Translations under genes and position numbers: made by a program | Notes under the pieces: model-generated | The model's input: only the letters and a program-made list of their open reading frames with translations | The model's database searches: none | Told to the model about the DNA's origin: nothing | Assembly (NCBI RefSeq): GCF_006345805.1 | Contig: NC_043014.1 | Span: forward strand, 29,326,001-29,390,000 | Direction of reading: 5' to 3' | From: Octopus sinensis | Taxonomy: Eukaryota | DNA: 64,000 bases | Shown here: piece after piece, positions 54,168-64,000 of the stretch | How the letters are laid out: every line of letters starts with the position of its first letter | How positions within the stretch are numbered: position 1 is the stretch's first letter

Positions 54168-54879
54168 ACTGTCACTGAAGGACAGAGTGGTGTGCGCAGG
54201 CGCTTTGTGAAAACAGTTGTTGAAGTCGTTGAGAAGAGATCTGGTTTGTTTCTGATCTGGTTGTTTCTGATTTGTACTTGTTTTGTTATAGCCTTGCTAT
54301 AAGTCCAAGTTATAAAATGGCATATACAGCGAGTTCAAAGAAAAACATAAGTGTCGACGAGACACAACAGTGTGTGTGTGTGTGTGTGTGTGTGAACATA
54401 CAACCTCACAGAAGCGAATGAATCCATATCGGGAATCTAAACTGAGCTGCAAACTCTTCTCATTGATTTTTTTTTACATCTACTCTATGCCCCTCGTCTA
54501 ACTGACAATAATAGGTATTTGCGAAGTTAGCAGAAAGTACGAACCATGGAAAGAAGGTCTATAGTTTACTGAGTTAACATCAATATGTGATTATTATATT
54601 ATTGTATAATGCCTACCTCCCAGTTCCCGGAATGAATATTGATGTAGACCCATCGTAACTTGAACCAAATACTTAGTTTTGATAGGGGATACATTTTAGG
54701 GCAGCGATGTGTGTAGTCTCTTTAATCGATACTAGTAGTGAAATGATAGTTATCGTATTGATCTGGGGTGATGAAAGCCATACTCAAGCCACTTGGGACG
54801 TGGACTGAGAATTTAGAACAAAGATGATCGTTGTTGTTGCTAGAATTATGCTGTTGTTGTTTTACAAGAACCTATTGTA

Positions 54880-54907
54880 AAAGTTGTTACAAACAGCGGC
54901 AGCAGCG

Positions 54908-54970
<63 letters not shown>

Positions 54971-55545
54971 ATAGTAACAGCGGCTGCGGCGGTGGTGGCT
55001 GTGGCGGCGGTGGCAGCAGCGGCGGCGTGGCAGCGGCGGCGTGGCAGCGGCGGCGTGGCAGCGGCGGCGTGGCAGCGGCGGCGGCGGCTGGTAGCAGCGG
55101 CGACAGCGGCGGCGGCGGCGATAGCGGCGGCGGCGATAGCGGCGGCGGCAGCAACGGCGGCGGCGGCAGCAACGGCGGCGGCGGCAGCAACGGCGGCGGC
55201 GGTGGTAACGGAGGCGGCGGCGGCAGCGGAGGCGGCGGCGGCAGCGGAGGCGGCGCGGCAGCGGCTTCGGCGGCAGCGGCAGCCGCAGCGGCGGCAGCGG
55301 CGGCAGCGGCGGCAGCGGCGGCAGCGCGGCAGCGGCGGCAGCGGCGGCAGCGGCGGCAGCGGCGGTAGCGGCGGCAGCGGCGGTAGCAGCAGCGGCGGTG
55401 GCGGCGTTGCTGGTAGTAGTAGTAGTAGTAGTAGTAGTAGTTGCTACTTTCACTGCTATTGTTGCTGCTACTGCTGCTGCTGCTTCAACTGCTGTTGCTG
55501 CTGCTGCTGCTTCAACTGCTGTTGCTGCTGCTGCTGCTACCACTG
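54880..55545. repeat. (GTA)n / GC-rich (GGC,GCA)n / (TGC)n compound tract
   Basis: Direct reading. Confidence 0.92.
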
Positions 55546-55809
55546 CTAAGCTCAAGATCGATCCTCTTCAAGAAAACTTCTGTTCAAGATCATTCCAAAC
55601 ATGGCTATTGCAGCATCCATTAAAACTATATGGAACTACGTTTTCTAATTTGTCTTGTACGTATATAAGACAGCAATAGACTATAGCTTGAGTAAGTTTT
55701 ATCTGCTACTTCTAGCACGTCGCTCGTCACCAAAATGACTTCGTCATTAACTGTGTGCGCATATATGTATATATATAGTTATATAAATATTTATATGTAT
55801 ATTGTGTTC

Positions 55810-56050
55810 TTTCTTTTCATTCTTTTATTCTTTTACTTGTTTCGGTCATTTGACTGCGGCCATGCTGGTTGCACCGCCTTTAGTCGAGCAAGTCTACTCC
55901 AGGACTTATTCTTTGTAAGCTTAGTACTTATTCTATCGATCTCTCTTGCCGAACCGCTAAGTGGCGGGGACGTAAACACACCAGCATCGGTTGTCAAGCG
56001 ATGTTGGGGGTGGGGACAAACACAGACACACAAGCATATACATACATACA

Positions 56051-56096
<46 letters not shown>

Positions 56097-56247
56097 ACGG
56101 GCTTCTTTTCAGTTTCCATCTACCAAATCCACGCACAAGGCTTTGGTCGGCCCGAGGCTATAGTAGAAGACACCTGCCCAATGTGCCACGAACCTGGCAC
56201 CATGTGGTTGGTAAGCAAGCTACTTACCACACAGCCACTCCTGCGCC
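55810..56247 (-). mobile_element. Family-B SINE
   Basis: Complete, with an internal (TACA)n tract. Confidence 0.92.
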
Positions 56248-56329
56248 AATTGTTGTTGTCGTTACATATGCATTTTTCTTAGTTGCGATTATAGTTGTGG
56301 ATTGTTCACATTATCAAAATAGTGGATAG

Positions 56330-56760
56330 GGCGGTGAGCTGGAGAATTGTTACAGCACCGGGTAAACTGCTTAGGCGCGTTTCGTCTGCTTTTACGTTCT
56401 GCGTTCAAATGTCACCGAGGTCGACTTTAATGAAAAAGGTACCAATTGAGCTCGTGATGGGGGGGGGGGTATGAAATCAATTTAATTCCTTTTCTGAACT
56501 TGCTGGCTTTGTGCTAACATTTGAAACCATAATTAAAATCGTTGATAAGGCGGCCAGCTAGCCTAATCGTTTGAGCACATCGGACAAAATGGATCATTGG
56601 CATTTTTCCGGTTTCACGTTCTGAGTACACACTCCGTCGATCTTGTCTTTCGTCCTACTGGTGTTGATAAAATAGGGACCAGTTCAGCACTGGGATCGAT
56701 GTAATCGGCTGGCCACCTCCTCCAAAGGTTTTCAAGTATTGTGCCTACAGTACGAAGATT
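56330..56760 (+). mobile_element. Two old family-A SINEs in tandem
   Basis: gggcggtgagctggagaattgtta... and aaggcggccagctagcctaatcgtt..., both eroded. Confidence 0.7.
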
Positions 56761-56909
56761 TCCAATCTTTGATATTGCAGTTAATGGTACGGTACATTCA
56801 TCGTTGATTGTTGCTCCCCTTCTTGTTATTCTTGTTGTTGGTGGTGGTGTTGCCGTTGTTGTTCTTGTTGCTGCTGCTGCTGGTACTCCTGGTGATATTA
56901 ATGATCATG

Positions 56910-56927
56910 AATGATGATGATGATGAC

Positions 56928-56981
<54 letters not shown>

Positions 56982-57636
56982 GGTGGTGGTGGTGTTGGTG
57001 TTGGTGTTGGTGTTGGTGGTGGTGATGGTGATGGTGGTGATGATGGTGGTGATGATGGTGTGGTGGCGATGGTGGTGATGGTGGTGGTGATGGTGGTGAT
57101 GGTGGTGATGGTGGTGATGGTGGTGGTGCTGGTGGTGGTGGTGCTGGTGCTGGTGGTGGTGATGGTGGTGGTGGTGGTGGTAGTGGTGGTGGTAGTAGTG
57201 GTGGTGGTGGTGGTGGTGGTGGTGATGGTGATGGTGGTGGTGGTGTTTTTGGTATTTATTTGCTACTGTTTGTGTTTCTCTTCTGTATTATCCTGCGTAT
57301 TTCCATTGCGTGCAATGTACACATACATATGAACCTGCATAAAATACTATCAGCCGCTGCCTTAAGTTCAATACGTATATATACATGTCCATATAAACAT
57401 ACATATATACATGTCTACGTATTCAGGCACACACTCACGCACACACACACGCACACCACACACGCACACACACATATGCAGGCATGCATGTACACACACC
57501 GTCAACGGTGCCATAGAGCTAGCTATTTTCTAAAACATTACTGGTTGAAATTTATCTAATATTACCTGAGGCTGTATTTCCATAAAAAAAAAACGCCTCA
57601 ATACAACCAACGATCTAACCTCTGCGAGTGAGCACT

Positions 57637-57684
<48 letters not shown>

Positions 57685-57742
57685 TACACATACACACACA
57701 TACACACACACACAACACAACACACATACACCCTACACAACA

Positions 57743-57789
<47 letters not shown>

Positions 57790-57930
57790 ACAACACACAC
57801 ACACACACACACACAACACACACACACACACACACTCACACACACAACACACACACACACACCACATACACACACACACACACATACACACACACACACA
57901 CACTCACACACACACGCACGCACACACAAA
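56910..57930. repeat. (GAT)n/(GGT)n and (CA)n tracts
   Basis: Direct reading. Confidence 0.93.
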
Positions 57931-58447
57931 TACTCTCTCTCTCACACACGCGGAATATTGTATGAATGTATGTGCATATGAATGGGTGTACATGCGTGTG
58001 TGCACATGCAAAGACACATATTCTCCATTAATATCCACCCGATTATACATACGCATATGTTCTTAAATAATTTCCCTTAGTTCGTTTTAGCCGTCACATT
58101 TAAGGTCATGGTGATTTGTACGCACTGTGTACACACCTACTATCACATATACAACCTTACATTATAGAAATATATGTATATCTATATATATATGTATATA
58201 TGTTATATATATGTATGTATGTATATATATTTATATACATATGTACTTGTAAGTATGCCTGTATATATTATATATGATATATATTATATACTATATATAA
58301 TATACATTACATACATACACACACACATATATATATTATCTACGTGATAGACATATTGCATACTACATATATATAGTGTATGCAATATATATGTCTGTAT
58401 ATGTATATATACTATTATACACTACATACATACATATATATATATAT

Positions 58448-58504
<57 letters not shown>

Positions 58505-58862
58505 TTTTACAGCATTATCTACAGTTGCACATACAGACACACGGCTACATCTCCTCCCTCACTCTTTCCAAGATCAACATGCAACATGAATGACCTCACT
58601 GACCCGCTGTCAGTCCCTCCTTAACTCGAGCCATTAGTAGAAGCTGATTCATGCAAAACGCACGCACACACAGACACAACACACACACACACACTGTAAC
58701 AGACACTGCTCTTACATATACACGCATGCACTTTTATACCCACCTACTAACATATTCACAACAACACTATATATATACACACACAAACATATATATATAA
58801 TACATATATCTATCTATCTATCTATCAATCTATATATATATATGTATATATATATATAATAT

Positions 58863-58895
<33 letters not shown>

Positions 58896-59031
58896 TATGT
58901 ATATATATATATCGCTATGCATAAATGGAGACACACACGCACACACAGTGAGATAAGCAAGACAGAATGTGAACATATGTATATATACATATACACATGC
59001 ATACATGCATAAACATATACACACAACCACA

Positions 59032-59073
<42 letters not shown>

Positions 59074-59191
59074 CACATATATATATATATATATATACAT
59101 CTTTCTGTTTTTTAAATACATCTCATTGCCTTCGCAGCAAAACTCTGTAGTGAAGGATATGAGACTAGTTTTAAGTGGACTGTGTGTGTGA

Positions 59192-59222
<31 letters not shown>

Positions 59223-59381
59223 CGTGTGCGTGCGCGCGTAGTACATATTAAATAATATATATGTTTGATTATATATGTGTCCGAGCGTATTTCTTTGTGT
59301 CTGTATCTATGTATGTGCTTGCTATACAATTGAGTTGATTAATATATATAATACTCGTATACGAATTCATATTTCATAAGT

Positions 59382-59505
<124 letters not shown>

Positions 59506-59559
59506 ATCTATATATATATAATATGAGTGTGTGTGCATGAGCGTGTGTATGTGTGTGAA

Positions 59560-59890
59560 GGCGCATGGCTCAGTGGTTAAAGCGTCGAGCTTACGATCGT
59601 GAAGTTGTGAGTTCGAATCCCGGACCGGGTGGCGTGTTGTGTTTGTTCTTGAGCAAGACTTTTTATTTCACGTTGCTCCAGTTCACGCAGCTGTAGAAAT
59701 GAGTTGCGATGTCACAGGTGCGAAGCTGTATCGGTTTTTGCCTTTCCCTTGGATAACATCGGTGGCGTGCAGAGAGGAGGCTGGTATGCATGGGCGAATG
59801 CTGGTCCTCTATAAACAACCTTGCTCGGACTTGTGCCTGGGAGAGTAACTTCCTAGGTGCAATCCCAATGGCCAGTCATAACCGAAGGGG
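59560..59890 (+). mobile_element. tRNA-derived SINE family D
   Basis: ggcgcatggctcagtggttaaagc...gagttcgaatcccgg (A and B boxes); body shared with 3173-3482, different tail. Confidence 0.88.
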
Positions 59891-59906
59891 ATCTTAGCAG
59901 CTCAGA

Positions 59907-59908
<2 letters not shown>

Positions 59909-59943
<35 letters not shown>

Positions 59944-60441
59944 TGTAGTTGTGTGAGTGTCTGTCCCCTTCGATTTAGATTCCTAACTACTCCCACATTT
60001 TGCGGTGCAGTTTAACCAAATTCGGGTATCTTATAGTCGTGATTCATATCGAGCCCGTCTGGCTATTAGCGCGCGTCTACGATGAGTCTACGATTTTAAA
60101 AATAATTTAACATCATTTTTTATTCCATTTTAATGCATAATTTTTCGTGTGTCGATGGCGGCGGAGTTGGCGTCCACGCTCACACCTGCATCTGTGTTGC
60201 TTCTTCCCCTTCTTCCCTCCCTCGTGAAACTGTGGGGAAAGGAGAGTAAGGAAATCAACGTCGTAAAGCATTGTCAAGGAGACCAGCGTTCTTTTAGAAC
60301 AACGACTTCATGGCTTGAAAACACCAAAACAGAAATGGCTAAGAAAGCCCGAATTGGCATCTATAAGGGAAGTAACTCTCTAAAGATGCTTATATAGTTA
60401 TTTCCCTTACAAACCCGAGCAACGCCGGGCGATACTCCTAG
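59909..60441 (+). mobile_element. Non-autonomous Helitron (~530 bp)
   Basis: Begins in (AT)n followed by aaaactgtagttg; ends cccgagcaacgccgggcgatactcCTAG followed by T (60438-60441), with the same subterminal hairpin type as at 6761. Confidence 0.8.
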
Positions 60442-60470
60442 TATATATATATATATATATATACACATAT

Positions 60471-61300
60471 GCATGACACCTTGGGCCTGTCTCATCTACT
60501 TTAGCTTAAAGCCTACCACAGCCTTGTGAGTGGATTTAGTAGACGGAAACTGAAAGAAGCCCATCGTATATATATATATTATATATATATATATATAATA
60601 TATATAGTATATATATATATATATATTATATATATATATATATATATAAATATGTGTGAGTGTGTGTGTGTGTGATGTATGTATGTGTGTATATACTTGT
60701 TTCAGTCATTTAGTTGCAGTCATGCTGGATCACTGCCTTTCAGGGTTTTAGTCTAAGAAATCCACCCTAGGACCTATTCTTTGTAAAATTAGTACTTATT
60801 CTATTAGTCTTTTTTGCCAAGCCGCTAAGTTACGGGAACGTAAATACATCAACATCGGTTGTCAAGCACAGTGGGGTGGGGGAAACACAGACACAAAGGC
60901 ACACAGACACAAACAGATATATACATAAACAACGGGCTTCTTTCCGTTTCCGTCTACCAAATCCACTCACGAGGCTTTGTTCGATCCGAGGATATAGCAG
61001 AAGACACTTGCACAAGGTACCATGCAATGGGACTGAACCCGGAACCATGTGGTTGAGAAGCAAGCTGCTTACGCGCATGCGCGCGTGTATGTGTGTGTGT
61101 GTGTGCGTGTTTCTTTATCCCTCTTGACAATCGGTGTTGGTGTGTTTACTGTAACTTAATGGTTCGGCAAAAGAGACTGATAGAATAAGTAACAGGCTTA
61201 AAAAGTAAGTCCTGGGGTCGATTTGTTCGACTAAAACCCGTCAAGGTGGTGCCCCAGTATGGCCGCAGTCAAATGACTGAAACTAATAAAAGATAAAAGA
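60471..61300. mobile_element. Family-B SINE pieces: plus 5' part (60471-60570), minus copy (60693-61075), plus 3' half (61103-61300)
   Basis: Direct matches to the family-B halves. Confidence 0.85.
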
Positions 61301-61405
61301 AAGATGCAAGGGTAAGTATGGCTTGGTGGGGTGAGCCATAATGTGAAATGGCATTACTGGTAGTAGAAAACTGAAGCGAGAAGAAGCTGGACTATAAAAT
61401 TGTAC

Positions 61406-61568
61406 CGCAGGTGTGGCTGTGTGGTAAGTAGCTTGTTTACCAACCACATGGTTCCGGGTTCAGTCCCACTGCGTGGCACCTTGGGCAAGTGTCTTCTACT
61501 ATAGCCTCGGGCCGACCAAAGCCTTGTGAGTGGATTTGGTAGACGGAAACTGAAAGAAGCCCGTCGTA

Positions 61569-61624
<56 letters not shown>

Positions 61625-61858
61625 ATATATATATATGCGTGTGTGTGTTGTGTGTCTGTGTTTGTCCCCCTAGCATGCTTGACAACCGATGGTGGTGTGT
61701 TTACGTCCCCGTCACTTAGCGGTTCGGCAAAAGTGACCGATAGAATAAGTACTGGGCTTACAAAAGAATAAGTCCCGGGGTCGAGTTGCTCGATTAAAGG
61801 CGGTGCTCCAGCATGGTCACAGTCAAATGACTGAAACACGTAAAAGAGTAAAAGAGTA
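61406..61858 (+). mobile_element. Full-length family-B SINE
   Basis: Near-consensus copy, used here as the reference. Confidence 0.94.
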
Positions 61859-62640
61859 TAACTGACGATCGTGACGATGCAGAGGTATTTAAAGATGGCA
61901 TAATCGGTGGGAAAACTGAGGTAACGGAGGGATTTTGAAACAGATATACAAAACAAACAAAACAAAACAAAAAGTTCACAATGCGAGTGGTGGAAATGGA
62001 AAGATTACAAATCTACCGTCCATGGTGTCTGACGTGATAGGGAAGGCTCTAATTCGTGACTCACTGACCGAACACAGTCAAATCGCATGATGTTTACTAA
62101 TTAACTGCATGTTTATTACTGAAAAGATGGCGTCTTTGGTATAGAATGGTAATAGTTGTTGTAGCTGTGGAAGAGATGGAGGAGAAAGTGGGTGGCGTTG
62201 GTGTATGTTCTAGGTGATGGTGGTGGCGTAGGCGGTTATGGTGTGGGTAGTGTTTTCTTAGTAGCGCTACTTTGCGTTAGCATTAGTTGATGGTGGTTGG
62301 CGATAGTGGCCCGAAAGGGCAATTGTTTTAGCAAAAACAAAAGCTAAATTCGCTGAAGCGAATGAGAGTAGTTTCGTACTGTTGGGTTCAGTTTGAACCC
62401 TTCTTCCAACTACAAGCGCGCACGCACGCACACTTTTCTTTCTTGTGTTTGTTATGTGTGTGAAAGATAACTTAAAATTATAACGTTTTCTGCTCTAATA
62501 TACCAACAATACTGTAACCCTCATTTAGAAGAGATGTTTGCATGCATAAATACACACACACACACACCACACACACACACACACACAATCTCTCTCTCTC
62601 TCTCTCTGTCACGTGCATATATACACACACACGCACATTA

Positions 62641-63095
62641 CAGGCGCAGGAGTGGTTACGTGGTAAGAAGTTTGCTTCCCAACCAAATGGTTTCTGGTTC
62701 AGTCCCTCTGCGTGGTACCTAGAGCAAATATCTTTTACTATAGCCTTAGGCCGACAAAACCTTGTGAGAGGATTTGGCAGACGGAAACTGGACGAAGTCC
62801 GTTGTATATATGTGTGTGTCTGTGTGTGCTCTCTGTGTGTGTGCGTCTCAGTGTGTGTGTGTATGTCGTTGTGTCTGTGTTTGTACCCATCACCATTTGA
62901 CGACCAGTGTTGCTTTGTTTACGTCCCTGTGACTTACCGGTTCGGCAAAAGATACCGATAGAATAAGGACTAAGCAACAAATAAATAAAAACTGGAAATA
63001 AGTATTGAAGTCGATTAGTTCGGCTAAAATTTCGCATGACAGTGCCCCAGCATGGTCGCAGTCTAATGACTGAAACAAGTAAAAGATAAAAGCGA
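62641..63095 (+). mobile_element. Family-B SINE, older
   Basis: caggcgcaggagtggttacgtggtaag...gcagtctaatgactgaaacaagtaaaaga. Confidence 0.88.
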
Positions 63096-63199
63096 AAAAT
63101 ACCTTACAAGATAAATTCTTGATTTATTGAAAGTATCTTGACTTTGAGAGGATGTTAATAGACAACTATTGACAATTGCAACCAACATATATTTTAATT

Positions 63200-63800
63200 A
63201 ATACACAATTGCAAGGTATCCAACCAATTTGAATGATTCCGTAGAGGCAAGGTAGAAGTCTTGGCGGTTGGTAGTCAAGCAGAAGGAGAACTACGCACTC
63301 GGATATTGTCTTCACCTCTACCAAGAAGTCCAGCTGCCGACAGTTGCTGAGAGCAGAGTATAGCAAAAAGAAGTGACATGCACTAACTACAAATACTGCT
63401 AACATGATAGTACTGCACTGACGCTTCATATACACCCTGTGTTCTTACTACATAACTTACTTAGTTTTTTGGTACGAAATAACCTCTTGGTTAGATTGAT
63501 ATGCTATGGGCGCTGTCCTTGCGTTGCCTTGTGGATTGAAAACTTATTCTAAGATTTCCCCGCCACAACGTACGCAACTGAAGCGTTCTTTCTGATTCCT
63601 ACTCCATCAACTCTGCAATGTCCAAGATTTGGTTGTACCGTCCGTTCCCAACCTTCTGTACATTAACAACCTTTTTGCTGTCGTCTCAACGCTTTACTTC
63701 TATGTAAATGAAACCACTGTTCACTCCACCTTTGTACACATACTTCGTCCACTTAAAAATCTCATATAGACTCTACACAGGTTCCATGAAAATAGACCTT
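63200..63800 (-). pseudogene. Possible highly decayed RTE endonuclease fragment
   Basis: Weak colinear hints only (KKVVNVQKV, VVAGEIL, QLDF..VKTISEC..LLLD). Confidence 0.3.
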
Positions 63801-64000
63801 GAAAACATTATCCTGTAGTGATATGACTACTTTGTTTCCTGCAAAAGCACAAAGGGAAGAACAATCTCGACCTCAACCTCTCTAGTTTTCAAACACGCTT
63901 TTAAAACCCTCACAGAAGATGCAAGGCTTCACCATGACTGATGATCACTTGTGTATATTCATCACTTCTTAAAATCTACGTCGCAAAGACTCTTCAGATC

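Noticed and set aside
62025-62135. Cluster of CRE-like, AP-1 and YY1-like words
   Set aside because: Short motifs of this kind are expected by chance in 64 kb, and there is no independent support.

Overview
AT-rich, microsatellite-dense eukaryotic DNA, almost entirely repeat-derived, with one 100-N scaffold gap (51331-51430). The SINE families, Dong/R4 LINEs and simple-repeat load look like an octopus (coleoid cephalopod) genome; this is my inference and is not database-checked. I found no intact protein-coding gene, and most ORFs in the track are microsatellite artefacts. Recognisable elements: three Dong/R4-clade LINE copies sitting in (AAT)n tracts, an internally deleted Tx1/L1 LINE, RTE and Penelope-like (PLE) remnants, a Helitron helicase remnant and a non-autonomous Helitron, decayed mariner, Tc1 and Chapaev3-like DNA transposons, a 5'-truncated 5S rRNA pseudogene, and about 35 tRNA-derived SINE copies from several modular families. 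The most interesting signal, invisible in the ORF track, is a set of type-I hammerhead ribozyme motifs between 26.4 and 34.9 kb. They have unrelated flanking sequences but the same design: a CUGANGA core, an enlarged loop II and a palindromic 8-nt helix III. They include a retrozyme-like pair of direct repeats with a 425-nt cleavage-to-cleavage unit (34307-34876) and a ~700-bp foldback with a hammerhead in each arm (30064-30758). A perfect 69-bp hairpin (35337-35481) lies next to a 5S-SINE junction. All alignments, identities and folds were done by eye, and element boundaries are approximate unless a TSD, TIR or motif is quoted.
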